Of a stretch of 64,000 bases of DNA, positions 1 to 10,718 are shown in pieces. Position numbers and translations under genes: made by a program. Origin of the DNA: Patescibacteria group bacterium (GTDB lineage: Bacteria > Patescibacteriota > Patescibacteriia > Veblenbacterales > UBA10138); contig JAHITT010000001.1 in assembly GCA_018817715.1 (NCBI GenBank), positions 34,690 to 98,689 of the forward strand, given 5' to 3'. The notes beneath the pieces were generated by a model. That model did no database searches. It was not told the origin of the DNA and saw only the letters and a program-made list of their open reading frames with translations. How positions within the stretch are numbered: the first letter of the stretch is position 1; the number at the start of each line of letters is the position of its first letter.

Positions 1-879
1 TACAAAACCAATTAACATCACAAAAATACTGGTAAACAAAAAACCTAATTCTTCAGCAATAATAGCAAAAATGGAATCGCCGGTTACCTCGGGCAAATAA
101 GCGTGCTTTTGCCTGGAATAACCTAAACCCAAACCAAAAAATCCACCCGAACCCACGGCCAATAAAGCCTGATTAATATGATAACCAATACCTTGCGGGT
201 CTAATTCTGGATGTAAAAAAACAGTTAAACGGGCGGCCCGATAAGGTTCTAATTTTATCATTAACCAAGCAAGCAAACTACCCGAACCAATCAAACCAGC
301 CAAATGACTTAAATTGGCGCCACTGGCTAGCAAAATAAAAAAAGCACTAACTCCAATAACCGAAGTGGTACCTAAATCACGCTGCAGTAAAACAAAAACT
401 AAAGTAAGACCAGTTATTAAAACAAAAGGCAAAATTCCTTCTTTAAATTTTTTTATCTGTTCACCCTTACCAGCTAACCAAGCTGATAAATAAATAATAA
501 AAGCCAATTTTAAAATTTCACTAGGCTGCAAGGAATTGCCAAACAAATGAATCCAACGCCGAGCACCACCGTATTCAAAACCAACACCTGGCACAAAAAC
601 TAAAAGCATTAAAAACAAAGTTACAATTAAAATAGGCATGGCTAACTGCCGTAATTTTTGATAAGGCAATCGACTAAAAGCCAAACACAAAATAAGCCCG
701 GGTCCCACACCGTACAGTAATTGCCTTTTTATATAATAATAACTGTCACCAAATTTATTAAAAGCCAACACCGAAGAAGCCGAGGCTAAAAAAATAAGAC
801 CGAACAACAATAAAAGACCCACGGCCACAATAAAAACATAATCGGGTCGATTGGCGGTTTGTAAAATTTTTTTATTCAT
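1..879 (-). CDS. ftsW: FtsW/RodA (SEDS family) cell-division lipid II flippase/glycosyltransferase; 3' end runs off the window
   Basis: Reverse-strand ORF from ATG at 879 has no stop in the window and translates to a polytopic membrane protein (MNKKILQTANRPDYVFIVAVGLLLLFGLIFLASAS...GYSRQKHAYLPE...) typical of SEDS proteins. It is absent from the ORF track because no stop falls in the window. Position after murD fits dcw order. Confidence 0.65.
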   Translation of the reverse strand, partial: MNKKILQTANRPDYVFIVAVGLLLLFGLIFLASASSVLAFNKFGDSYYYIKRQLLYGVGPGLILCLAFSRLPYQKLRQLAMPILIVTLFLMLLVFVPGVGFEYGGARRWIHLFGNSLQPSEILKLAFIIYLSAWLAGKGEQIKKFKEGILPFVLITGLTLVFVLLQRDLGTTSVIGVSAFFILLASGANLSHLAGLIGSGSLLAWLMIKLEPYRAARLTVFLHPELDPQGIGYHINQALLAVGSGGFFGLGLGYSRQKHAYLPEVTGDSIFAIIAEELGFLFTSIFVMLIGFV

Positions 880-891
880 TTTAAATTATTC

Positions 892-2283
892 TTAAACTAA
901 AGCTTTTACTTCTTTAATAAATTGCTGGCCCCTATCAAACTCGTGTTTAAATAAATTAAAACTAGCCGCCCCAGGCGACAGCAAAACCGTTCCCCCACTG
1001 GCCACACCTAAAGAACTATTAGCCAACTTAACCGCCTGTTTCATATTATCAACTTCCAAATACGGATAATCTTTAGGCAAAGCCGCTAGCAATTTAACCG
1101 TAGCTGTACCAGGTAATAAAATTAAAACCACCTGATTTATAACTATCTGCTTGGCCAATCCTTTATACTCTAAATTCTTGTCTTGTCCGCCGGCAATTAA
1201 AGACACCGCCTGACCAGCCAAAGTTTTAAGGGCCGCTATAGTAGCTACCGGCGCCGTAGCGGTTGTATCGTTATAATAATACCGACCCTTAAACTGCCTA
1301 ACTAACTCTAAACGATCGTGCAAACCTTTATAATTACGCAAAGTTTTAGCAATCTTACTAGCTGGTAAACCAATTAAACGACCAGCCGCTACCGCCGCTA
1401 AAATATTAGCCAAATTATGCTGGCCTTTAAGCTTAACATCAGCCACTGACATAATTTTTTCTATTTTTTTATTTTGCCAATAAATAAAATTGTTTTTTAT
1501 ATAACAGCCCCGCCTAACCGGTTTAATTAAAGAAAACCAATAAACTTTAGCCTTAGTTTGTTTGGCTAAAGCCCGGGTTCTTACATTATCATAATTTAAG
1601 ACTGCTTGATCAGTGACTTTTTGCCAACGTACTAAAACCGCCTTGGCTTTTACATAATGCGCCAAAGAATCATAACGATTCAAATGATCCGGCAAAATAT
1701 TGGTAATAACAGCCAGCGGCACTCTTTGTTTGTGCAAATCCATTACTTCCAATTGCCAACTAGATAACTCCAAAATTAACCGACTATGTCGGTTAATTTT
1801 CTTTAAAGCTTCAAACATCACCGTATCGCGTATATTGCCGGCCACCAAGCTATTAACAAAGGTAGATTTAACCATTTGTCCTAACAAACTAACGGTGGTG
1901 GACTTACCCTTACTGCCGGTAATTGCTACTAAATGCTGGCTGGGACAAATTTTTAAAAATAAACTAGCTTCATTTTCTATAGGAATATTTTTTTGTCTGG
2001 CTAATTTAAGTATCTTGGCTTCCCTGGGCACCGCTGGATTTTGAATTATTAAATCACAATTTTTAAGCAAAGTTATAGGTTGTTTTCCCAAAACCAATTG
2101 TAATCTTGATGAACGCTTTAATTTTTTTAAACTTGATTGAAGTTCCAATGAATTTTTAAAATCACTAATTGTCACTAAGGCACCTTGGCTAAGCAACCAA
2201 TTAGCCACCGCCAAACCGCCACCATGTAAACCCAAACCTAAAACCAAAACCCTTAATTTTTTAAAACCAGCTACTGTAGGCAT
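892..2283 (-). CDS. murD: UDP-N-acetylmuramoylalanine--D-glutamate ligase
   Basis: Mur ligase signature (GSKGKSTT) and N-terminal Rossmann GLGLHGGG. Start preferred at MPTVAGF (ATG 2283), 4 nt after the mraY stop, rather than the track's upstream 2313 start that overlaps mraY. Confidence 0.85.
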   Translation of the reverse strand: MPTVAGFKKLRVLVLGLGLHGGGLAVANWLLSQGALVTISDFKNSLELQSSLKKLKRSSRLQLVLGKQPITLLKNCDLIIQNPAVPREAKILKLARQKNIPIENEASLFLKICPSQHLVAITGSKGKSTTVSLLGQMVKSTFVNSLVAGNIRDTVMFEALKKINRHSRLILELSSWQLEVMDLHKQRVPLAVITNILPDHLNRYDSLAHYVKAKAVLVRWQKVTDQAVLNYDNVRTRALAKQTKAKVYWFSLIKPVRRGCYIKNNFIYWQNKKIEKIMSVADVKLKGQHNLANILAAVAAGRLIGLPASKIAKTLRNYKGLHDRLELVRQFKGRYYYNDTTATAPVATIAALKTLAGQAVSLIAGGQDKNLEYKGLAKQIVINQVVLILLPGTATVKLLAALPKDYPYLEVDNMKQAVKLANSSLGVASGGTVLLSPGAASFNLFKHEFDRGQQFIKEVKALV

Positions 2284-2287
2284 ATTT

Positions 2288-3322
2288 TTAAAAACCTTTG
2301 TCCAACAAAGCAATTATTAAACCAGTGGCCGCCATTACTCCAGCAATTACCCAAAAACGCATAACTATCTTAGGTTCCGGCCAACCAATAGCCTCCAAAT
2401 GATGGTGCAAAGGGGCTGACAAAAAAATTTTCTTGCCACGTATCTTTTTGGACAACACCTGAAGAATCACCGATAACGATTCTAAAACAAAAACCAAACC
2501 GATAATCGGCAACAATAAAACACTATTAGTTAACATAGCCACAATACCTAAAGTAACCCCTAAAGACATCGCACCGGTATCACCCATAAAAAATCGGGCT
2601 GGATTTATGTTAAACCATAAAAAAGCCAATAAACTGCCAACAATCACTCCACAAAAAGTCGCTAAATCATATTTACCCTGTAAAAACGCAATAGCACCAA
2701 AAGCACCAAAAGCTGTTAATAAAGTCCCGCCAGCCAAACCATCTAAACCATCAGTTTCGTTAACCGAAAAAGAAGTGGCCACAATAATAAAAATAAAAAT
2801 TGGAATATACCACCAATTCACTCCGACATTACCCACAAAAGGAATATGCAGAACATCCCAATCCAATTTAAAATAAAACCACCAGGCACCCACTAAAGAA
2901 ATAGCTGTATAAATAAGCAAACGGTGCTTCATACTTAAACCACCACCTTTGGGCCCAAAACCTTTAATGTTAAACCAATCATCCACCAGGCCCACAATGG
3001 CCGAAGCCACCAAAGCGCCCAAGGGCAACAATGTTTCACTACGGGTTAAAAAGTTTAAACCCCAACCAAACCAAACATCTAAATAAAAAAACAGCAAAGC
3101 TAAAACTAAAACAGTCAGCCAAATTAAAACCCCGCCCATAGTCGGTGTACCATTTTTATTTTTATGCAAAGCCGACATAATCGGCGCACTATCAGAATCC
3201 CTAACCTGCTTGCCTAAGCGGTAACGATATAAAAAATGAGTTAAAATCGGCGTCCAACTTAAAGCCACCAAAAAAGAAACTATAGTTAAAAAAATTACTT
3301 CAAAAATAGCGCTAAAAAACAT
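2288..3322 (-). CDS. mraY: Phospho-N-acetylmuramoyl-pentapeptide transferase
   Basis: Polytopic membrane protein with MraY-type motifs (DDxxN-like region VGLVDDWFNIKG, HHHLEAIGW). Confidence 0.85.
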   Translation of the reverse strand: MFFSAIFEVIFLTIVSFLVALSWTPILTHFLYRYRLGKQVRDSDSAPIMSALHKNKNGTPTMGGVLIWLTVLVLALLFFYLDVWFGWGLNFLTRSETLLPLGALVASAIVGLVDDWFNIKGFGPKGGGLSMKHRLLIYTAISLVGAWWFYFKLDWDVLHIPFVGNVGVNWWYIPIFIFIIVATSFSVNETDGLDGLAGGTLLTAFGAFGAIAFLQGKYDLATFCGVIVGSLLAFLWFNINPARFFMGDTGAMSLGVTLGIVAMLTNSVLLLPIIGLVFVLESLSVILQVLSKKIRGKKIFLSAPLHHHLEAIGWPEPKIVMRFWVIAGVMAATGLIIALLDKGF

Positions 3323-3329
3323 AAGCCTT

Positions 3330-3716
3330 TTAAGTATTAATCCAAACCAATAACATAGTTAAGCCAAACCAACCAGCTGTTAAAATTAAACCGCACCACA
3401 ACCACAACTGCTTTAAGAATAAAGTCCGCCGACCCAAGGTATAAGCCAATAAAACATTAGCCACCATAAACAAGGTACCTAAAACTGGTACTAAATATAA
3501 ATAACGCGGCTCAGCTAACCAGTTCGGGCCTAAAACAACCGAATACCTAATAACACTCAACTCGGCCTGCTGGGGCAACACCAACCACAAAACCAGCCAG
3601 CTACTTATAGCCATTAAGAAAGTTAAACTAACCGGTAGCCACACCAGCCTTTGTCGCCAAAAAGACCGCCAACTTTCTTTTCGCCACTGCCAAAAAATTA
3701 TTTTTTTACCAAACAT
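3330..3716 (-). CDS. Small polytopic membrane protein (4 TM), unknown function, in the dcw neighbourhood
   Basis: Hydrophobic 128-aa ORF immediately upstream of mraY on the same strand. Confidence 0.4.
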   Translation of the reverse strand: MFGKKIIFWQWRKESWRSFWRQRLVWLPVSLTFLMAISSWLVLWLVLPQQAELSVIRYSVVLGPNWLAEPRYLYLVPVLGTLFMVANVLLAYTLGRRTLFLKQLWLWCGLILTAGWFGLTMLLVWINT

Positions 3717-3780
3717 AAAGGTTTACTCACTAATTGTAGCTAGTTACCACCTATTTTGGCAAACCCTCCAAATACTTTTA

Positions 3781-3809
3781 TTGTCCAGCCAAACAACTTT
3801 TGGTATACT
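3781..3809 (+). promoter_or_regulatory. Sigma70-like promoter (TTGTCC-17-TATACT) ahead of the pilus operon
   Basis: Hexamers with 17-bp spacer about 40 bp upstream of the pilB ATG. Confidence 0.4.
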
Positions 3810-3846
3810 CAAGTCAAGTGGCCTTTAAATTAGCCTTTAAAATAAT

Positions 3847-5583
3847 ATGCTAAACCAAAATCTACTTTATAAAGCCTTGCTTAATAACCAGCTTTTGCCA
3901 ACGGCCAAGCTCGCTAAAGCTAAACAAGATTGCCTTAAGCAAGGCATAAATTTAGAAACATTTTTAATAGACAACAAATTAATCAAGGAACCAGACCTAT
4001 ACCAGGCCATGGCCAAAGAATTAAGAATACCTTATGTTGATTTACACACTACTGTTATTCGTAAAGATATCCTATTGGCCGTACCAGAACCAATTGCCGA
4101 ATCGCACCAACTGGTCGCCTATGACAAAGATGAAACCTCAGTAAAAATTGCCGCTACCGAACCAGATGACTTACAGACTATTGAATTTTTGGCAAAAAAA
4201 TTCAATAGTCAAATTGATATTGCCTTAACCTCTCCCACTTCCCTAAAGCAGGCTCTGCAACAATATCATAAAAGTTTAAAAGCTGAATTTGCCGAACTAA
4301 CCAATCCGGCTAAACCCTCCACACCCAATCCAGATAAACCGGCTGAATTAAAAAAACTAGCCGAAGATTTACCGGTTATAAGAATAGTCGACACTCTTTT
4401 GGAATATGCTGTTTTTGAACGTGCCTCCGACATACATGTTGAACCAACTGAACAAGAAGTTATTGTTCGTTATCGGGTGGATGGCCTGTTGCGCGATGTT
4501 ATGTCTTTACCCAAAGAGGCCCAAGACGGTTTAACCGCTCGTATAAAAATTCTAGCCAACCTTAAGCTGGACGAACACCGCTTGCCTCAAGATGGCCGTT
4601 TTAAAATTAAAACCAAAGACTACCAATTCTCTTTCCGCGTTTCCATTATTCCAGTGTTTGACGGTGAAAAGATAGTCTTACGTTTACTCCAAGAATCCGG
4701 CCAAGCCCTAACCTTGGAACAACTAGGACTACAACCAAACCCTCTGACCATTCTAAAAAGAAATATTGATAAACCACACGGCATGATTTTGGTTACCGGC
4801 CCGACCGGCAGTGGTAAAACAACTACTTTATATTCTGTTCTAAACGTACTTAATACCAACGACGTTAATATTTCCACCATTGAAGATCCGATTGAATACC
4901 GCTTGCCCCGCCTTAACCAAAGCCAAGTTTCCCCGCGCATCGGTTTTACTTTTGCCAATGGTTTACGCTCCTTATTAAGGCAAGACCCGGATATTATTAT
5001 GGTAGGTGAAATTCGTGATTTAGAAACAGCCGAAATTGCCATTCATGCCGCCATGACCGGCCACTTGGTTTTATCCACCCTACATACTAACGATGCGGTT
5101 GGCACTTTACCCAGACTACTAGACATGGGTATTGCTCCCTTTTTAGTTGCCTCCACCACCAATATAATTGTGGCTCAACGTTTGGTTAGAAAAATTTGCG
5201 GCAACTGTGCCACCAGTTATAAATTAAACAAAAAAAATCTTGATGATCTGGCTAAACAAATTAACCTAGCTAATATTTTAAGTACTTTAAAACGGGAAAA
5301 TGTCATAAAAACAACCGGCAAAACTTTAGAAAATCTAACTTTTAAAAAAGGTGCCGGTTGCAAGCAATGTAATAACCAAGGCTACCGCGGTCGCTTAGGT
5401 ATTTACGAACTATTTGAGATCACCGCCTCGGTGGCTCAACTTATTTTAAATCGGGCTTCGGCCAACGAATTAAAAAAAGAAGCTCAAAAACAAAATATGT
5501 TGACAATGCTGGAAGACGGTTTTATAAAAGCCGTGCAAGGCATTACTTCTATCGAAGAAGTCCTGCGCGTAACCATGGATTAA
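3847..5583 (+). CDS. pilB: Type IV pilus assembly ATPase PilB/GspE
   Basis: GspII_E N-terminal region, Walker A GPTGSGKTTT, Asp/His boxes, C-terminal Cys tetrad (CGNC...CKQC). Confidence 0.85.
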   Translation: MLNQNLLYKALLNNQLLPTAKLAKAKQDCLKQGINLETFLIDNKLIKEPDLYQAMAKELRIPYVDLHTTVIRKDILLAVPEPIAESHQLVAYDKDETSVKIAATEPDDLQTIEFLAKKFNSQIDIALTSPTSLKQALQQYHKSLKAEFAELTNPAKPSTPNPDKPAELKKLAEDLPVIRIVDTLLEYAVFERASDIHVEPTEQEVIVRYRVDGLLRDVMSLPKEAQDGLTARIKILANLKLDEHRLPQDGRFKIKTKDYQFSFRVSIIPVFDGEKIVLRLLQESGQALTLEQLGLQPNPLTILKRNIDKPHGMILVTGPTGSGKTTTLYSVLNVLNTNDVNISTIEDPIEYRLPRLNQSQVSPRIGFTFANGLRSLLRQDPDIIMVGEIRDLETAEIAIHAAMTGHLVLSTLHTNDAVGTLPRLLDMGIAPFLVASTTNIIVAQRLVRKICGNCATSYKLNKKNLDDLAKQINLANILSTLKRENVIKTTGKTLENLTFKKGAGCKQCNNQGYRGRLGIYELFEITASVAQLILNRASANELKKEAQKQNMLTMLEDGFIKAVQGITSIEEVLRVTMD

Positions 5584-5587
5584 TTTT

Positions 5588-6811
5588 ATGCAATTCAATT
5601 ATAAAGCTCGTCGCTCGGACGGTAGTTTACACAGTGGACAATTAGAGGCCCCTTCCGAACATGAATTAGCCGCTCTATTGCATGAGCAAAATTTAATTTT
5701 AACCCAAGCTGAACCGACGGTTAAAAATTCTTTTTTTAAAAACAATAAAATCAACTTCAATATCACTCTGGGTAAACCAGTATCCGTAGTCGATAAAATA
5801 TTTTTTACACAAAATCTTCAGGTTATGATAAAAGCCGGTTTGGCTTTAGCCCAAGCGCTTAAAACACTAACCAACCAAACCAGCAATAAACAACTTAAAC
5901 AAATTTTAGTAACCATTTCCAACGAAGTAGACAAAGGTTCTTCTTTAGCCGACAGTTTAGCTAAATTTCCTAAAGTTTGGCCGGATATCTTTGTTAATAT
6001 GATTCAAGCCGGCGAAAAAAGCGGCCGCTTAGAAGAAGTTTTAGGCCAATTAACAATCCAACTAAGAAAAAACCACGCTCTGATTAGTAAAGTAAAAAAC
6101 GCTCTAACCTACCCGATTGTTGTGGTGGTGGCCATGGTGGGTATAGGTGTTGGTATGATTATTTTTGTTATTCCCAAAATAATGGCTGTTTTTCAAGAAG
6201 TAAACGCCACCTTGCCCTTACCCACCAGAATACTTATTTCCCTAAGTGATTTTGTCGTTAATAATGGTTGGTGGTTATTAATAGGCTTAACTATTGGTTT
6301 AATTACCTTAATAAAACTGTGGCGTACCGAAAAAGGACGCTGGCTGGGGCACGGTCTATTGTTAAAATTACCTATTTTTAAAAATATTCTGCAAAAAATA
6401 AACTTGGCTAAATTCTGTCGCACTTTATCTTCCTTGCTAAAAACCGACATACCCATTGTACAAGCTTTCCAAATAACCGCTTCCACTCTAGGCAATGTTC
6501 GCTACCGACAAGCAGTTAACCAAACCGGCCAACGCTTAAGTAAGGGCACAGCCATTGCTACCATTATGGCCGAACATAGTAAACTTTTCCCTGGGTTAGT
6601 AATCCAAATGACGGCCGTGGGTGAACAAACTGGTACTTTAGATTCCGTCCTAACTGAATTAGCAGCTTTTTATGAAGAGGATGTCGACCGCACTATGTCT
6701 AATTTATCTACTATTATTGAACCTATTTTAATGTTGCTATTAGGTTTAGCCGTCGGTGGGTTGGCCGTTTCCATAATTTTACCCATGTATTCATTGACTC
6801 AAAGCTTATAA
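5588..6811 (+). CDS. pilC: Type IV pilus inner-membrane platform protein PilC/GspF
   Basis: Two GspF repeats, 3 TM segments, directly after pilB. Confidence 0.8.
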   Translation: MQFNYKARRSDGSLHSGQLEAPSEHELAALLHEQNLILTQAEPTVKNSFFKNNKINFNITLGKPVSVVDKIFFTQNLQVMIKAGLALAQALKTLTNQTSNKQLKQILVTISNEVDKGSSLADSLAKFPKVWPDIFVNMIQAGEKSGRLEEVLGQLTIQLRKNHALISKVKNALTYPIVVVVAMVGIGVGMIIFVIPKIMAVFQEVNATLPLPTRILISLSDFVVNNGWWLLIGLTIGLITLIKLWRTEKGRWLGHGLLLKLPIFKNILQKINLAKFCRTLSSLLKTDIPIVQAFQITASTLGNVRYRQAVNQTGQRLSKGTAIATIMAEHSKLFPGLVIQMTAVGEQTGTLDSVLTELAAFYEEDVDRTMSNLSTIIEPILMLLLGLAVGGLAVSIILPMYSLTQSL

Positions 6812-6820
6812 TCCTCCTTC

Positions 6821-8626
6821 ATGGTCTGGCCAAATAAAAACCAACCTCCCTCCGGTGTTACTTTATTACAAGCCCTCTTGGGTCTAGCTTTGTTCACGGT
6901 TATTACTTTAAGCCTCTATGACGTTTACTTGCAATTAACTAAGTCTGTTAAAAAAAATCGCTTGGTAACGGCGGCCACTTTACTGGCCACGGAAAAAATG
7001 GAAGTGGTGCGCAACCTACCTTATCAATCGGTCGGTTTAGTTAATGGTTTGCCCAGCGGCAGTTTACCGGCCGACAGCTTAGACAGTAAAGATAATGTAA
7101 TTTTTACTGTTCAATACAACGTGCGTAATATTGATGATCCTTTTGATGGCACAATTGGCGGCTTACCCAACGATACGGCGCCGGCCGATTACAAACAAGT
7201 TACCGTAACAGTCAGCTGCTCCACTTGCCTACCCTTTTTTAATCCAGTCAGCCTAACTACTATAGTAGCGCCCAAAAATTTGGAAAACACCGGCAATAAC
7301 GGCGCTTTAATAATTAAAGCTATTAACGCCAGCGGCCAACCAATTAACGGCGCGCTGGTCCATATAACCAACTCCACCGTCAGTCCAATTATTGATCTAA
7401 CCGACACCACTGACAACCAAGGAAATCTTTTACTAGTGGATGTACCGCCGGCTCAGGAATCATATCGCATCGTTGTTAGTAAAACCGGCTATTCCACCGA
7501 CCGCACTTATGCCCCGGATGATCCAATAGTAATAAACCCGGTAAAAACAGATGCTACCGTGATTGCTCAAGAAGTTACCAGCCTGACTTTTGCTATTGAC
7601 CTATTAAGTCAACTTAACATTTCAACCATCAATTCTACCTGCGAGGCTATCGCCAACATACCCTTTAATCTTCAAGGTGCTAAATTAATATCCCAATCAC
7701 CCGCTGTTTACAAATATAACCAAAATTTAACCACTGACACTAATGGACTTAAAACCTTAACTAATTTAGAATGGGATTCCTATTTAATCTCTCCGACCAG
7801 CGCTTCTTACGAATTAAGAGGTACCATCCCACCCTTGCCGCTTAATTTATCACCAGCTTCTAACCAAAATTTAAACCTGGTTATGCAAACCAGCACACCT
7901 CATAGCGTGTTGCTAATAGTCAAAGACGCCAGCACCCAACTGCCGTTGTCCGGCGCCGCTGTTAAACTAACCAAAGCTAGTTGGTCAGAAACAATCTTAA
8001 CCAGCCGAGGCTATCTTACCCAAACAGAATGGAAACAAGGTCCGGGTCAAGAAAATTTTATTAACAGCGAAAAATATTTCAGTGATGATGGCCATATAGA
8101 AACCAGTAGTCCAGCCGGCCAACTTAAATTAAAAAAAGTCGGTAATAGTTATGTAACAGACGGCTGGTTAATCTCCTCCACTTTTGACGCCGGTGCCGCG
8201 GCCAGCCCGGCCACCGTTGCTTGGCAACCCGGTGATCAACCAGCCAGCAGCGGCAGTCAACCCATAAAAATACAACTGGCTAGTAACAACGATCAAATCA
8301 CTTGGAATTTTGTCGGCCCTGACGGTACAGCTAATACTTTTTACACAGCTAGTAACCAAACTATTGGCACGCAACATAATGGTGACCGTTATTTGCGCTA
8401 TAAAGTTTATTTAAGTACGGCCGATGATAAAGTAACACCTAATTTGTCCGATATTAGCTTAACTTATGCTTCACAGTGTATTCCCCCAGGCCAGGCCTTT
8501 TTTACCAAACTAACCAGCGCCACTTATGACGTAGAAATTTCTTTAACTAATTACCAAACCCTTACTACCCAGGCCGACTTATCCCCTAATTGGACTAGTT
8601 TAGAAATCAGTCTGTTACCAAATTAA
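6821..8626 (+). CDS. Large (601 aa) pilin-like protein with prepilin-type N-terminal helix lacking Glu+5 (GspK/PilY-like minor pilin or tip adhesin)
   Basis: N-terminus MVWPNKNQPPSG|VTLLQALLGLALFTVITL resembles a class III signal with Gln in place of Glu5. Rest is Thr/Ser/Asn-rich and beta-rich. Confidence 0.4.
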   Translation: MVWPNKNQPPSGVTLLQALLGLALFTVITLSLYDVYLQLTKSVKKNRLVTAATLLATEKMEVVRNLPYQSVGLVNGLPSGSLPADSLDSKDNVIFTVQYNVRNIDDPFDGTIGGLPNDTAPADYKQVTVTVSCSTCLPFFNPVSLTTIVAPKNLENTGNNGALIIKAINASGQPINGALVHITNSTVSPIIDLTDTTDNQGNLLLVDVPPAQESYRIVVSKTGYSTDRTYAPDDPIVINPVKTDATVIAQEVTSLTFAIDLLSQLNISTINSTCEAIANIPFNLQGAKLISQSPAVYKYNQNLTTDTNGLKTLTNLEWDSYLISPTSASYELRGTIPPLPLNLSPASNQNLNLVMQTSTPHSVLLIVKDASTQLPLSGAAVKLTKASWSETILTSRGYLTQTEWKQGPGQENFINSEKYFSDDGHIETSSPAGQLKLKKVGNSYVTDGWLISSTFDAGAAASPATVAWQPGDQPASSGSQPIKIQLASNNDQITWNFVGPDGTANTFYTASNQTIGTQHNGDRYLRYKVYLSTADDKVTPNLSDISLTYASQCIPPGQAFFTKLTSATYDVEISLTNYQTLTTQADLSPNWTSLEISLLPN

Positions 8627-8627
8627 T

Positions 8628-9245
8628 ATGTTCCCGACCAATAAAAAATCTAACCAATCAGGTTTTACCATCTTAGAAACAGTTTTAGCTTTGGCTATTG
8701 TGGCTTTAGTTTTTTTGTCCTTAGGCTCTTTAGTCACCTCTATTCTTCGCTCCAGCCATGATATGAACCTTACCCTATTAAGCCACGATCAATCCAGATT
8801 GGCTTTAAATAAATTAACCACTGAATTAAGACGCGCTTCTGTATCATCTTTAGGTAGTTATCCTATCGCTCAAGCCACCGACCAATCTTTAACTTTTTAC
8901 GCCAACCTGGATTCAACAAGTGACAAAGAAAAAATAACTTACTTTAGCGATGGCACAACTCTTAAACGATCTGTTACCAAACCCAGTGGCACCCCCTTAA
9001 ACTATCAAACCGGCAATACTATAACCGACGAATTAGTTTACAATTTAACCAATGCCACCACGATTTTTTCTTATTACAACAATGATTACAACGGCCAAAG
9101 TGCTCCTTTAAGCACCCCGGTTAACCTAAACGATGTTCGGCTGATAAAAATAACTTTAATAGTTGACGCCACGCCCAACCAACTTCCCTTGCCTTATACC
9201 TTGTCGACCCAGGTTAATTTAAGAAACCTAAAAGACAACTTATGA
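8628..9245 (+). CDS. Type IV prepilin (pilin or minor pilin) with canonical G|FTILE N-terminus
   Basis: MFPTNKKSNQSG|FTILETVLALAIVALVF matches the prepilin peptidase cleavage/methylation motif. Confidence 0.7.
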   Translation: MFPTNKKSNQSGFTILETVLALAIVALVFLSLGSLVTSILRSSHDMNLTLLSHDQSRLALNKLTTELRRASVSSLGSYPIAQATDQSLTFYANLDSTSDKEKITYFSDGTTLKRSVTKPSGTPLNYQTGNTITDELVYNLTNATTIFSYYNNDYNGQSAPLSTPVNLNDVRLIKITLIVDATPNQLPLPYTLSTQVNLRNLKDNL

Positions 9246-10693
9246 TAAAAGCCCGTACCTACAAACTACCAGCCGGCGACATAATATTATTTTCTCTTTT
9301 TTTTGGGGCAATTGGTTTAATAATCTTGGGCGGTTTTGTTAACTGGAGTCTGGGAGTTAGTCGTTTAAGCCGAGCCCGTTTAAATAGTGAAAAAGCCTTT
9401 CAACTGGCCGAGGCTGGCTTAAATTATTATCGCTGGCATTTAGCCCACGCCCCGCAAGATTTTCAAGACGGCTTGAGTCAGCCCGGGCCCTATGTTCATG
9501 AATTTAAAGATATTAATGGTAATTTACTGGGTTACTTTAGTTTAAACATTACCCCGCCGCCAGTTGGTTCCACTTTGGTAACTGTTGATGCCACTGGCTA
9601 CACCACTTTGAACTCACAACAAAAAAGAACCCTGCGCGGCCAATTTGCCAGGCCCAGCTTGGCTCGTTTTGCTATTGTAGCCAACAGTGATATACGCTTT
9701 GGCGCCGGAACAATAGTTACCGGCCCCTTACACAGTAACGGCGGTATCCGCTTTGACGGTCGGGCAGAAAACCTGGTTACCAGTGCTAAATCAACTTACG
9801 ATGATCCCGACCATACCGGCGGTTTAGAGTTTGGCGTCCACACCCACTTAAGCCCAACCGATCCTTTGCCGCCAACCGCCGTACCCAGCCGACCGGATGT
9901 TTTTGTGGTCGGCCGACAATTTCCTGTACCAACCGTAGATTTTGACGGTTTAGCCTCGGATTTGGCAACCATCAAAAGCCAAGCCATCGCCGACGGCTTA
10001 TATTTGGCAGCTTCCGGCTACTTGGGTTATCGCCTGGTTTTAAAAACCAATGGCCAATTTGATTTGTATCAAATTAAAATTTTACAAAGCCCGCCTAGTA
10101 GCTGGTGCTACAATTCTTTAAACCAAACGGGCTGGGGCACCTGGAGCATCAGCTCGGCGCCTAATGCTCAAATTTTTTTAGGTACTTATAGCTACCCCAA
10201 CAACGGCCTAATATTTTTAGAAGACAATGTTTGGTTGGAAGGACAAATTAGTAATCAAAAACTTACTATTGCCTCAGCCCGCTTTCCCGAAAACCCCAAC
10301 ACTAATACTTCGATTACTGTTAACAATAATTTAGTTTACTCAAACTTGAATGGTAATGATATTCTATCTTTAATGGCTCAAAATAATATTAACGTCGGGT
10401 TGAATAGTGCTGATAATTTAAAAATAGATGCCGCTTTAGTAGCTAAAAACGGTCGAATTGGTCGTTATTATTATGGCTCGTCCTGCGGTTCTAGTTATGT
10501 TAGGCAAACCCTTACCTTAAACGGTATGTTAGCTTCCAGTTTACGTTACGGTTTTGCCTACACCGATAGCACCGGTTATCAAAATCGCCTAATAAATTAT
10601 GACTCTAATTTACTTTATAACCCACCGCCCAGTTTCCCCTTAACCAGCGACCAATATAGTCTGATTGATTGGCAAGAAATAAAACCTAATTAA
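9242..10693 (+). CDS. PilX-N-like pilus assembly/minor pilin protein
   Basis: N-terminal TM followed by ...SEKAFQLAEAGLNYY... resembling the PilX N-terminal domain. 4-nt overlap with the upstream gene. Confidence 0.4.
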   Translation: MIKARTYKLPAGDIILFSLFFGAIGLIILGGFVNWSLGVSRLSRARLNSEKAFQLAEAGLNYYRWHLAHAPQDFQDGLSQPGPYVHEFKDINGNLLGYFSLNITPPPVGSTLVTVDATGYTTLNSQQKRTLRGQFARPSLARFAIVANSDIRFGAGTIVTGPLHSNGGIRFDGRAENLVTSAKSTYDDPDHTGGLEFGVHTHLSPTDPLPPTAVPSRPDVFVVGRQFPVPTVDFDGLASDLATIKSQAIADGLYLAASGYLGYRLVLKTNGQFDLYQIKILQSPPSSWCYNSLNQTGWGTWSISSAPNAQIFLGTYSYPNNGLIFLEDNVWLEGQISNQKLTIASARFPENPNTNTSITVNNNLVYSNLNGNDILSLMAQNNINVGLNSADNLKIDAALVAKNGRIGRYYYGSSCGSSYVRQTLTLNGMLASSLRYGFAYTDSTGYQNRLINYDSNLLYNPPPSFPLTSDQYSLIDWQEIKPN

Positions 10694-10718
10694 TAAAATT
10701 TTATGCTATACTAAATTT

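Noticed and set aside
2283-2313. Longer murD start (MLCWTKVFKN...) given by the track
   Set aside because: It overlaps the last 26 nt of mraY in another frame. The internal ATG at 2283 lies 4 nt after the mraY stop, with the conserved MurD N-terminus beginning right there.
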